Positions 29,212 through 37,683 of a DNA stretch of 52,518 nt are shown here, piece after piece. The stretch is taken from assembly GCA_018303885.1 (NCBI GenBank), contig JAGVXG010000008.1, forward strand, positions 1 to 52,518. Reading direction: 5' to 3'. The stretch's first letter is position 1. Each line of letters begins with the position of its first letter. Under the pieces are notes generated by a model that was given only the letters and a program-made list of their open reading frames with translations, ran no database searches and was not told the origin of the DNA. Source of the DNA: Candidatus Pacearchaeota archaeon. GTDB lineage: Archaea > Nanobdellota > Nanobdellia > Pacearchaeales > GW2011-AR1. The position numbers and the translations under genes are program-made.

Positions 29212-29352
29212 ATGAAAAAAATTTACCTTGAAGAAATTCCAACAAATACAAAAGAGGAAATCTCAATGCTTTACAATTTGGGCGTTGGATTGGAAGAACT
29301 TGAATATTTGATAGATGTTAAGTTTAATAAAGCTCTTTCAGAGTCCTCTTAA
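29212..29352 (+). CDS. small hypothetical protein (46 aa)
   Basis: hand translation MKKIYLEEIPTNTKEEISMLYNLGVGLEELEYLIDVKFNKALSESS*; below the ORF-track cutoff. Confidence 0.5.
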   Translation: MKKIYLEEIPTNTKEEISMLYNLGVGLEELEYLIDVKFNKALSESS

Positions 29353-29919
29353 ATCAAGTTCATTATTTATCAAAGTCGCTACCTGACTGGCGAAATAAAT
29401 TTTTGGCCCGACCGAGACTGTTTTCGCAATGCTTTTCAGTCTTTTCAGTTCTTTCTTTGGAAAGCCGTTATGATCTCCCACAATGAAGACACTTTCCTCA
29501 GGGATTTTTATTTTTCTTATGCTCTCGCCTTTCTTATCCAGAATAAATAGCTCTTTTCCCTCGGCAGAAAGATTTTCAATTACTTTCAAAAAACTCTTTT
29601 TCTCTATGAAACAACCAGGAAAAACCTCTGCCTTAATCCCAGGTTTGTATTTGTAGAGGATTCTCTTTAACAAACCAGCCACATCTTTTTTGCTGAGCTT
29701 TGTTTCTTCTTTGATTTCAATTTCAATGTGTTTTGGCGGATCAGGAGCCCCGTAAAAAACAAGATGTAATTTAACATCATCTCTCAAGCTATGAGATAAA
29801 AAAAACGCGTTTATTATAAAATGAACTGCAATATCCATTCTTCCTGCTTTCATCAGTTCATTTACATCAAAATTCCCAGAAGTTACGGCTTCGCCGGAAA
29901 AATAAACAAAGTGTCTCAT
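29338..29919 (-). CDS. trmY: tRNA (pseudouridine54-N1)-methyltransferase
   Basis: GRMDI....I..AFFLSH..R, F..GDH.G and SVGP...ASQ SPOUT motifs. Confidence 0.9.
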   Translation of the reverse strand: MRHFVYFSGEAVTSGNFDVNELMKAGRMDIAVHFIINAFFLSHSLRDDVKLHLVFYGAPDPPKHIEIEIKEETKLSKKDVAGLLKRILYKYKPGIKAEVFPGCFIEKKSFLKVIENLSAEGKELFILDKKGESIRKIKIPEESVFIVGDHNGFPKKELKRLKSIAKTVSVGPKIYFASQVATLINNELDLRGL

Positions 29920-29942
29920 CTCATATCAAATAAAGAATAGTT

Positions 29943-30686
29943 TTAAAATCTTCTTTTTAAGAATTGCCTTGCAAAAAAATATGCTGTTGACGCATGATCT
30001 CCAAAATTATGAGTCTGCGTAGTTACAGTTAAGTCTGTTCTAGATCTAGATTGCTCTTCTAAGCTTAGTGCTAACTCTCTTCCTAAATAATAAGGTATCA
30101 TTCTATCATATTTTCCAAGATAAACCTCAACATGACCAGATATTTCAGAAACATATTCAATTGGATTAAAAGAAATTAGCTGCTCTTTAAAATCTTCCAG
30201 TTTAAAGCCCAGCCTTTTTGCTTCTTTTACTTGTTCCCGCGTAACATTGCTTTCCCATATGCTTTCTGATAATCTACTTCCCGGAACAACAGAGATTAGT
30301 CTTTTGGCTTGGGTTTGAGCTGCAAACCTGTATGCTGGACAATTTCCAAGACTTATTCCTAAAACAATTAAGTCTTCTGGATTTATATCATGAGAAGAAA
30401 CTTTTAGTAGAGCATCTTCATAAACGTTTTCAAGTAGCTCTCTTGTATGAGAAGGATTTGGCCGCACAACTCGCCTTGGCGATAACATATATGCCAAAAC
30501 ATTTCTTGCAGAATCTAAAAATTTATTTCCTAGAATGCTTTCTCTTAACATTATTTCAGGAAGAAAACACACAAGAGTTTTCCCATTTTGAGATAAATTT
30601 GTTGAGACCAATTCTGTAGCTTTTTTAACAGAGCCATTATCTTTTCTACTTAAAGAAACCAACAAACTATCTAATAATCCAAACAT
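29943..30686 (-). CDS. alpha/beta-hydrolase-fold protein
   Basis: GISLG nucleophile elbow, G.YD..IP and a C-terminal His. Confidence 0.7.
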   Translation of the reverse strand: MFGLLDSLLVSLSRKDNGSVKKATELVSTNLSQNGKTLVCFLPEIMLRESILGNKFLDSARNVLAYMLSPRRVVRPNPSHTRELLENVYEDALLKVSSHDINPEDLIVLGISLGNCPAYRFAAQTQAKRLISVVPGSRLSESIWESNVTREQVKEAKRLGFKLEDFKEQLISFNPIEYVSEISGHVEVYLGKYDRMIPYYLGRELALSLEEQSRSRTDLTVTTQTHNFGDHASTAYFFARQFLKRRF

Positions 30687-30710
30687 GTTTTTATCAAACC
30701 CAGACTATAT

Positions 30711-31616
30711 TTAATTTTTTCCTATCGGCTGCAAAACAAACTCTGGCTTTGCAAAAATCTTGCCTTCTGAAACAACCTTGTAAATGCCTAAAAATATATC
30801 TTTACTAAAAGCGCAAAACTTCCTATCCATTTCAATATTTTTATCTTTGGCACTTTCGATATACTCATGGTAAATCGGGCTGCCTCGTAAAATTCTGTCA
30901 GTAAACTCGTTTTTTACCAGAACAACAGGATACAATTCTGAAATCACCTCGCCAGGAATTATCATTTTTCTTAAAGGTTGTTCATTTCCTTTGACAAACT
31001 CGCCAACAGCGTTTTCAAAATCATATAAATTCACCGAAGGATATTCCTTACCATGTTCTTTAAAAATTCCAGCTCTTATTCTTCTAAGCTCAAGCATGTG
31101 TGCTCCAAAACCCAACGCCTCCCCTAAGTCATGAACCAATTTTCTTATGTATGTTCCTCCTTGAACTCCTGTTTTAAATAAAAAGCCTTTTTTATCTTCA
31201 TCTTGCTCTAAAATCTCAAAAACTTTCACTTCGCGTTCTCGCAAAACCCTGGCAACTCTCGACTTAACAGGCGGCAGCTGTTTTATTTTTCCCAAGAACT
31301 TTTTATTAATCATTTCCTGCAAATCTTTTACTGAAATTTCTTCGTGAATCCTCATAATTCCAACATATTCTTTATCTTCTCCAAGAAAAAATCCTGTTAG
31401 TTTGCATGCCCTGTTTAAGGCTATTGGCAGAACGCCAGTTACTTGAGGATCTAAAGTTCCAAAATGACTCGTTTTCCTAAGCTGAAGCTTTTTTCTCACA
31501 AAATCAGAAATATCAAAGCTTGTTGGTCCCGATGGCTTGTCAATATTGATAATTCCGAATTCTAAAAGTTCTTTAATGTCTTTTTGCGACTTGATTTTTT
31601 CTATGTTTATTTTCAT
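30711..31616 (-). CDS. cbf5: RNA-guided pseudouridine synthase Cbf5/TruB
   Basis: IDKPSGPTS, H.GTLDP, GTYIRKL.HD and HM.ELRR motifs. Confidence 0.95.
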   Translation of the reverse strand: MKINIEKIKSQKDIKELLEFGIINIDKPSGPTSFDISDFVRKKLQLRKTSHFGTLDPQVTGVLPIALNRACKLTGFFLGEDKEYVGIMRIHEEISVKDLQEMINKKFLGKIKQLPPVKSRVARVLREREVKVFEILEQDEDKKGFLFKTGVQGGTYIRKLVHDLGEALGFGAHMLELRRIRAGIFKEHGKEYPSVNLYDFENAVGEFVKGNEQPLRKMIIPGEVISELYPVVLVKNEFTDRILRGSPIYHEYIESAKDKNIEMDRKFCAFSKDIFLGIYKVVSEGKIFAKPEFVLQPIGKN

Positions 31617-31676
31617 ATTAGATATAATTTTTTGATAGATATAAAGATTTTTAATACTCTATAAATTTAACCTTAT

Positions 31677-32288
31677 ATGGATTTTAAAACAGCCCTTAAA
31701 CAGCTGAAGGCCATGGAAAAAAACAGCAAAGGCATGAGACTTGCCGCAGAATCTTGGAGCTCTGATTTTCAAGTCCTCATTTCCACAATTCTTTCTGCAA
31801 GAACACGTGATGAAGTTACAATAGTTGTCGCAGAGAATTTATTTAAAAAATATCCAACGGCAAAAAGTTTGGCAAAGGCAAAGGTAAGCGATGTTGAGAA
31901 GATAATCAAGCCAGTAAATTTCTACAGGAACAAGACAAAAAACATAATTAACTGTTCAAATGAATTAGTAGAAAACTTCAATGGAACCGTGCCTCATGGC
32001 TTAGATGCTTTAATTTCTCTCTCCGGCGTCGGCAGAAAAACCGCAAATGTATTTTTGGCCGAACACGGAAAACACGCATTGCCTGTAGACACCCATGTTT
32101 TTTACTTATCAAGAAAACTTGGTTGGGCCAAAGATAAAAATCCGCATAAGGTTGAGGAAGAATTAAAAAAACTGTTTCCCAAAAAATACTGGAACAGAAT
32201 AAATTCAACTCTTGTTAGATTCGGGAAAACACACACAAGCAGAAAACAAAAAGATAAACTGCTGGAAGAAATAAAAAAAATAAAATGA
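31677..32288 (+). CDS. nth: endonuclease III (HhH-GPD), lacking the Fe-S motif
   Basis: LSARTRD, L.GVGRKTANV and VDTHV motifs; no C-terminal Cys cluster. Confidence 0.9.
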   Translation: MDFKTALKQLKAMEKNSKGMRLAAESWSSDFQVLISTILSARTRDEVTIVVAENLFKKYPTAKSLAKAKVSDVEKIIKPVNFYRNKTKNIINCSNELVENFNGTVPHGLDALISLSGVGRKTANVFLAEHGKHALPVDTHVFYLSRKLGWAKDKNPHKVEEELKKLFPKKYWNRINSTLVRFGKTHTSRKQKDKLLEEIKKIK

Positions 32289-32908
32289 ATGTGATAAATT
32301 TGATAGAAGAGCTTAGAAACTCTCCAATAAGAAGTACAATAGACTCAAGAATAAAAGAATTTGATGAATTAGGTAAAAAATCAGATCAAGAGATATTTAA
32401 AGAACTTTGTTTCTGCTTTTTAACAGCTAATTTTAGTGCCTCCGGCGGAATTAAAATACAAAATGACGTTAACGACGGATTTTTATATCTTTCAGAAGAA
32501 GAGCTGGCAGAAAAACTCTCTTCTTTAAGTCATAGATTTCCAAATGCAAGGGCAAAATTTATTGTTGAAGCAAGAAAGCATAAAGATACCATAAAACAAA
32601 CCCTAAAAAATTTTTCTGATGAAAAGACTATGAGAAATTGGCTGGCAGAGAATATTAAAGGACTGGGAATGAAAGAATCCAGTCATTTTTTAAGAAATAT
32701 TGGATACAACAATGTGGCAATAATTGACTTTCATATAATTGATTTCCTTTCAAATCATGGTCTAATCGAAAAACCAAAAAATCTGAACAGAAGAAAATAT
32801 CTTGAAATTGAAAATATTCTTGAAGAGCTAGCAGAACAGACCGGTACTTCATTAGGAGAACTTGACCTTTATCTTTGGTATCATGAAACTGGAAAGGTTT
32901 TGAAGTAA
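32285..32908 (+). CDS. ogg: N-glycosylase/DNA lyase (8-oxoguanine glycosylase)
   Basis: ELCFC.LTAN, KGLGMKE.SHFLRN.G, AI.DFH and LDLYLWY.ETGKVLK motifs. Confidence 0.95.
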   Translation: MNVINLIEELRNSPIRSTIDSRIKEFDELGKKSDQEIFKELCFCFLTANFSASGGIKIQNDVNDGFLYLSEEELAEKLSSLSHRFPNARAKFIVEARKHKDTIKQTLKNFSDEKTMRNWLAENIKGLGMKESSHFLRNIGYNNVAIIDFHIIDFLSNHGLIEKPKNLNRRKYLEIENILEELAEQTGTSLGELDLYLWYHETGKVLK

Positions 32909-33042
32909 AAAACGATTTCTTCAAATTAAACACAATTTTTTATAAAAAATTGCTAAAAATTGCATTTTTTCTCCAAAAACCACAGAAATATTTATAAAGT
33001 CTAAATTTAGAATAATATCTCGGAGAATTTTTTCACCAAATT

Positions 33043-33693
33043 ATGAAAAAAACAACAAAAACTATCAAGTATGTACTGGCACTTTCCTTAGTTGGAAATC
33101 TTGCTCCATTAGAAAATAATTTTTCTTTACCAAATGAAAATTCTTTGGAAAAGAAAGTTTTAGAATGCTATTCTGAAATTCCTAACCCTGTTGGCCAAAA
33201 TAGCACCGCCAAAAGAAATTACAGTGAAGACGAAATTCTTAAAACTATTAACAATGTCTATAACTGTTTGCCTTCTAAACCAGAATACTTTTCAGAAAAA
33301 TTCATAAAGGAAATGGTGAAAAAGGAATCATCATATAACCCTAGATCAGTTAGTGAAAAAGGAGCTCTTGGTCTTATGCAAATAATGCCAGAAACATGGA
33401 AAGAGCAAACAAAAAGGCTTTACAGAAGAGAACTTTCTTTTGACCTCGCTTTCAATCCAAAAACCAATCTTGAAGTTGGCCTTAGCTATTTGCTGTGGAT
33501 TGACGAATTCTCAAAAAATCGTTATCAAAATTGGGAAAGCCTAAGTGACAAAGAAAAAAGAGAAAAAGTTATGGCCGCATATCACGGCGGTATTTCAAGA
33601 CTTTATTCATTGAATGGGAATATAAATGATATGCCTAGAGCAACTCGTGATTATATTAAGACGATAGAAGCAGGAATGGAAGTTAACGATTAA
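33043..33693 (+). CDS. secreted lytic transglycosylase (SLT domain)
   Basis: ESS.NP..VS.KGA.GLMQIMP.T, F.P..N...G..YL and AAYHGG motifs; N-terminal signal-like segment. Confidence 0.9.
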   Translation: MKKTTKTIKYVLALSLVGNLAPLENNFSLPNENSLEKKVLECYSEIPNPVGQNSTAKRNYSEDEILKTINNVYNCLPSKPEYFSEKFIKEMVKKESSYNPRSVSEKGALGLMQIMPETWKEQTKRLYRRELSFDLAFNPKTNLEVGLSYLLWIDEFSKNRYQNWESLSDKEKREKVMAAYHGGISRLYSLNGNINDMPRATRDYIKTIEAGMEVND

Positions 33694-33745
33694 TTACTTC
33701 TGTAGCGCCATTCTTCAGAATGACTTTTTAGGCGTTCGCGAATGG

Positions 33746-34351
33746 CTATTTCTGCAACGCCATTCTTCTTTGCCTTTTCGGCTGCTTTGATATCTTAGTT
33801 TGATGCTTCATTGTTTTCGCTGCAACCTTTTCCATTTCTTTGCCGGCTTCGACAACAGAGGCTTTCTTCGACTCGGCTTCGCTAAGACGAGTTTCTTCAT
33901 CGGCTTCCTTTTTCTGCTGTTCTTTTTCTTCTGCGGTTTCTTCGGCTTTTTCAGGCGCTTTTTCTTCCTCAGCTTTCTTTTTGCTGACGACTTCAGAAGC
34001 TTTTTTATCTCTTTTTTCGAGTTTTGTCTTTTTGAATCCCAATTCTTTAGGAAGCTCAAAAAGTTCTACTTTTACTATGTCTCCTTCTTTCCTTGCTTTT
34101 ACTTTAATCCTTGCAGGCGGTTTTCTTATTCCTCTAAACCATACAAATTCGTTCAGATATCTGTCAATTTTAACCTTATTCAAGTCTCCATCACGAATTT
34201 TCATATGTCTTACTAAAAACTCTTTTATTGTTCTTATCGCTTTATTCGCTCTTTTGTATCTTGGAACTTTATTCCAGTTTCTTCTAAGAGGAATTACATA
34301 TTCTCTTTCCATACCACCGACGCTCGATGTTTTTTCTGTTTTGTCAGACAT
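33746..34351 (-). CDS. rpl31e: 50S ribosomal protein L31e with charged C-terminal extension
   Basis: EREYVIPLR, R..KA...I.EF..RHMK and LN..VW.RG...PP..I.V motifs. Confidence 0.93.
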   Translation of the reverse strand: MSDKTEKTSSVGGMEREYVIPLRRNWNKVPRYKRANKAIRTIKEFLVRHMKIRDGDLNKVKIDRYLNEFVWFRGIRKPPARIKVKARKEGDIVKVELFELPKELGFKKTKLEKRDKKASEVVSKKKAEEEKAPEKAEETAEEKEQQKKEADEETRLSEAESKKASVVEAGKEMEKVAAKTMKHQTKISKQPKRQRRMALQK

Positions 34352-34631
34352 GTTCGTGGGTTTTTTTAGGATTTTTTATTTCTGTTAATTTAATACCTTT
34401 TCTTTTTAATTTTGATTCCAAACCCCTTACTTCACGAGTTCTCCTCGCTCCTATTAAAAATACACCTTTTCCATAGGCTACGCTTTCTCCAGTTCTTAAT
34501 CTGAAAGCTTCAGCGTATGGGCTAATTAAACAAATTGTAGGATTGTGGATTTCTTCTCCTTTAGATTGCAAAAAAGGTCTTAATTTTTCTTTATATTCAA
34601 GTGCTAGTAAATAATAATATATCCCTACCAT
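34344..34631 (-). CDS. hypothetical protein
   Basis: 95-aa ORF translationally coupled inside the r-protein operon. Confidence 0.6.
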   Translation of the reverse strand: MVGIYYYLLALEYKEKLRPFLQSKGEEIHNPTICLISPYAEAFRLRTGESVAYGKGVFLIGARRTREVRGLESKLKRKGIKLTEIKNPKKTHEHV

Positions 34632-34632
34632 T

Positions 34633-34881
34633 TTAATTCAGGCTCCCTAATTTTAATCCAAGTTTACTTTCTAAATCAGATATAATTTCTTCAGCAAATA
34701 TTTCGTTGACCTCTATCGTGACTATATCTCTTCTATCATGACCGAAATACAGTTCATTGCTTTCTAAATAAAAAAGATTAACGCCTCTCGGATTTTCTAA
34801 TATCCGGCCGCCAGCATTTAATACCGCTTCTTTAAGTTTTTCTCTTTCTTCCCAACTAAAATAAAATCTTTTTTTTACCAT
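34633..34881 (-). CDS. hypothetical protein
   Basis: 82-aa ORF coupled inside the r-protein operon. Confidence 0.6.
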   Translation of the reverse strand: MVKKRFYFSWEEREKLKEAVLNAGGRILENPRGVNLFYLESNELYFGHDRRDIVTIEVNEIFAEEIISDLESKLGLKLGSLN

Positions 34882-34884
34882 TTT

Positions 34885-35088
34885 TTATCCGAAATGAGAT
34901 TTTCTTTGTCTCCTTGGTTTAATATGTAACTTTGTGCGCCTCCATGAACGTTTGTGGCGCGTCATGCTTGAAGGATGTACTCTTTTTCCAACACCGTGTT
35001 TTTTCAATACAGCCCAAACAGGCGCCCACTTAGTCTGTCGTGCTTTTACAGCCAGTTTCGCCTTTTTCTGAGGATTTTTTATGCCCAT
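34885..35088 (-). CDS. rpl39e: 50S ribosomal protein L39e
   Basis: K..LA...RQ....P.W...K and R.WRRTKL motifs. Confidence 0.88.
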   Translation of the reverse strand: MGIKNPQKKAKLAVKARQTKWAPVWAVLKKHGVGKRVHPSSMTRHKRSWRRTKLHIKPRRQRKSHFG

Positions 35089-35223
35089 TTTATTTAAATG
35101 TTTGAATCGAAGAGTTTATTTTATTATTAATGCAAAAACCATTGGAGTTAAATTTATCTAAGCTTAATCTCGTCTTTATTAACAACTTATTTCTTATTCC
35201 CTTTGGGCTAAATATCTTTACCA

Positions 35224-35655
35224 TCATTTTACCTCCTCCAAAAACCTCTTTCCTTTATCTGTAAGCTGTCTTCCTGGTTTTTTTCCCTTGACGCCTTTAA
35301 CTGTCTTTGCAATTTCTGTAAAACCAGCTTTATCAGACTGCTGTAAAATCACGCGAATTATCTTTCCGCCGGCTTTTCTGAATTCCTCTGGACGCACACC
35401 ACGTTTTTTCTTGCTTCCGTAACGCGTCCTTAGCCGGCTAACACCAACAATTTTCTTTTTGTAAATCTGTCTCAGAATGCTCGCAGCCCTTTTATACCAG
35501 AAATCTTGATCATCTATTGGCCTGGATTTTCCTGGCCCGGATTTTACAAATTCAACCCAACCTGGTTTTTTAAACTCTGGAACATTTTTCAAAGCTTCTG
35601 CTAACTTTAAATTGTACTCTCCAGAACCTAATTCATAAACAGGATTTTTTTCCAT
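35224..35655 (-). CDS. rps19e: 30S ribosomal protein S19e
   Basis: P.W..FVKSG, W..RAASILR, GV.RLR..YG and G.IIR..LQQ motifs. Confidence 0.95.
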   Translation of the reverse strand: MEKNPVYELGSGEYNLKLAEALKNVPEFKKPGWVEFVKSGPGKSRPIDDQDFWYKRAASILRQIYKKKIVGVSRLRTRYGSKKKRGVRPEEFRKAGGKIIRVILQQSDKAGFTEIAKTVKGVKGKKPGRQLTDKGKRFLEEVK

Positions 35656-35753
35656 TTCGTTCTTATAGCTACGCTTTTCAGCGTTAGAATCGTATTAAAC
35701 GATTAAGCTAAATTCACACAGAAATGTTAGTTTATAAATCTTGTTGGATTTGT

Positions 35754-36059
35754 TTATGTTGTTTTAACATTTAGTTTTGTCACTCTTCTTGTATTTAACC
35801 TTGATTCAAGGAGGATAGATGTAATTGAGGACATCTCTCCTAGCACAGAAGAATCTCCAATAATTTTAAGGATGCCGGTTCCACTATCCAGGTTTGCAAC
35901 TATGACTTCCCCAAAAACTTCTTTATTTATGTAATAATAATTTCCAATTTCAGAGAATCTCGTGGCCATTTTTCTAGAGCATAATCCTTCTAAATAACGC
36001 TTAACTGCTCGATATTCCCTCCTTCCTAGTTCGTATTCTCTAAGTTCCTCGTTTGCCAT
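35754..36059 (-). CDS. hypothetical protein
   Basis: 101-aa ORF. Confidence 0.55.
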   Translation of the reverse strand: MANEELREYELGRREYRAVKRYLEGLCSRKMATRFSEIGNYYYINKEVFGEVIVANLDSGTGILKIIGDSSVLGEMSSITSILLESRLNTRRVTKLNVKTT

Positions 36060-36415
36060 GGAAAAATCATCGTCCTACCATGTCCAGGTATGTAAAAATC
36101 AGGATGAGCATAAACTTCTAATTGTGATTTTATTTCTCTTAATTCATTTAGGGGGATTATTGTATCATTTCTGATAGCTCCAGGAGAAAGAACAAGATTA
36201 TATGCATAAGTTCCATCTTCATTCTTGCCATACCTGTACTGCAAAGTTGTGCCTGTTTTTTTCATTAGTTCGTCTATCTCTGTTTTGATTTCCGAAATTG
36301 GGTCTTTTTCTTCAATAGGATTAATCTCCCTAACTACTTTATCTAAGCCAGCTAAACTTACCATCCAAAATGCTGAGCTTCTAAAAAATTCCCTTCTTTC
36401 CATAGCATTTCTCAC
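36026..36415 (-). CDS. hypothetical protein with twin-arginine-like N-terminus
   Basis: MERREFF followed by a short hydrophobic stretch. Confidence 0.55.
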   Translation of the reverse strand: MRNAMERREFFRSSAFWMVSLAGLDKVVREINPIEEKDPISEIKTEIDELMKKTGTTLQYRYGKNEDGTYAYNLVLSPGAIRNDTIIPLNELREIKSQLEVYAHPDFYIPGHGRTMIFPWQTRNLENTN

Positions 36416-36458
36416 AAGTATTTACTTTAAATTAATTTATGTTATATGAAATAACACA

Positions 36459-36701
36459 CTATCTCATGTTTCTTCGCCACTTCTTCAGGAAAAGCGTGAA
36501 TCCTAGTCTTTTTGCCGTGTAATTTTTTCCTAAACCTTCCAAGATTTCTTCTGTAATCTTTTTCATTTCAGCCTTGTCCCTTGTTGCGCTCTTTAAAATA
36601 GAAACTTTAACATCATCATGATTTTTGAAATGTCCTCTTAGAGTTTCAATAAATTTTTCAGTTACTTTATTTTTTCCAAGCTGAATTTGACTTTGTGTCA
36701 T
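36459..36701 (-). CDS. YhbY/CRM-domain RNA-binding protein
   Basis: IQLGKN.VT...I..L...F..H..VKV..LKS; usual neighbour of S19e. Confidence 0.85.
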   Translation of the reverse strand: MTQSQIQLGKNKVTEKFIETLRGHFKNHDDVKVSILKSATRDKAEMKKITEEILEGLGKNYTAKRLGFTLFLKKWRRNMR

Positions 36702-36703
36702 GA

Positions 36704-37249
36704 TTATTTGGATTCATTTAGCCTTTTTAAAATCATTTCTAATGCAGAATCAATTCCTAGAAAATCATGATAAGGAATTTGTCTTCTTTTCAGTTCTTCT
36801 GTGATTAACCCGTCAATTTGTCTTTGAAATTCTCTATCCATGGCCCTTACGCCGTCATGTTTTAAATAATTCCCATTCAAAGGAACTCTAAAAATAAAAT
36901 CATAAGACTTAGCATGTCTATTAACAATTGGATCAAGATCGGCATCATAACCAAATTTATTTACACGATATAGATAATTACAAAGGCCTATTCTATCACA
37001 AATTAATACTTCAACATCCGGCCTTAATTCTTTAATTTCAATTTCATCCCTAATCTGAGTATATAAAATCCAATCCTGCGCCCCTCTAGTTGTTTCTTCA
37101 TTTAGTTTAAAACCTTTTTGCCTGGCCTCTCTTGCTACCTCACCAAGATATTCGGCATTAACATCTCTTTTTTTTAATCCAAAAATCAATTCATGGCAGA
37201 CTGTTGTTTTCCCGGCTCCATGAGTCCCTGTTATTCCTACTTTTATCAT
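36704..37249 (-). CDS. P-loop nucleotide kinase-like protein (AAA_28/NadR-type)
   Basis: ITGTHGAGKTT, ICDR and DGVR motifs. Confidence 0.85.
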   Translation of the reverse strand: MIKVGITGTHGAGKTTVCHELIFGLKKRDVNAEYLGEVAREARQKGFKLNEETTRGAQDWILYTQIRDEIEIKELRPDVEVLICDRIGLCNYLYRVNKFGYDADLDPIVNRHAKSYDFIFRVPLNGNYLKHDGVRAMDREFQRQIDGLITEELKRRQIPYHDFLGIDSALEMILKRLNESK

Positions 37250-37253
37250 TCTC

Positions 37254-37610
37254 TCAAAATTTAATGATATCTTCTTTTTTAACTTTTATTATGCTGAATT
37301 TTTTTACTCCAAAACTTCCTATTTTCATTTCTTTTGTTTTAAAGATGTCTTTTCCTTTAAATCTATGAACAATAACATCTCTTTTGTTTTTTTTCCAGTT
37401 TCTGCTGTACTTTGCACAAAAAATTGCGGCAATCTTAATATCTTCTTTTTTTGGCTTCCCTTTTATGTTAACAAACGGGCTTCCAGGTGCTTCTGTATGA
37501 AAAACTTCCTCGTTTTCTCCAGCCTCCTTTACTAATTCCTCATTACTTTCTTCATCTTTCCCTGCCAGAATCCTAATTCCAGATTTTGTAATAAACTCTC
37601 TAAAATTCAT
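37254..37610 (-). CDS. NFACT-R (DUF814) RNA-binding domain protein
   Basis: GKD..SNE.LV, FHT..PGSPF and AA.FCA.YS..WK motifs. Confidence 0.85.
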   Translation of the reverse strand: MNFREFITKSGIRILAGKDEESNEELVKEAGENEEVFHTEAPGSPFVNIKGKPKKEDIKIAAIFCAKYSRNWKKNKRDVIVHRFKGKDIFKTKEMKIGSFGVKKFSIIKVKKEDIIKF

Positions 37611-37683
37611 GCAAGAAAATACAAAGCTATCTTTTTATAATTTGCTAGAAACTTTTATTAATAAAGTTTCAGTGTTTAATACC

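Noticed and set aside
33800-34388. Long plus-strand ORFs opposite rpl31e
   Set aside because: Antisense frames produced by the Lys/Glu-rich coding bias.
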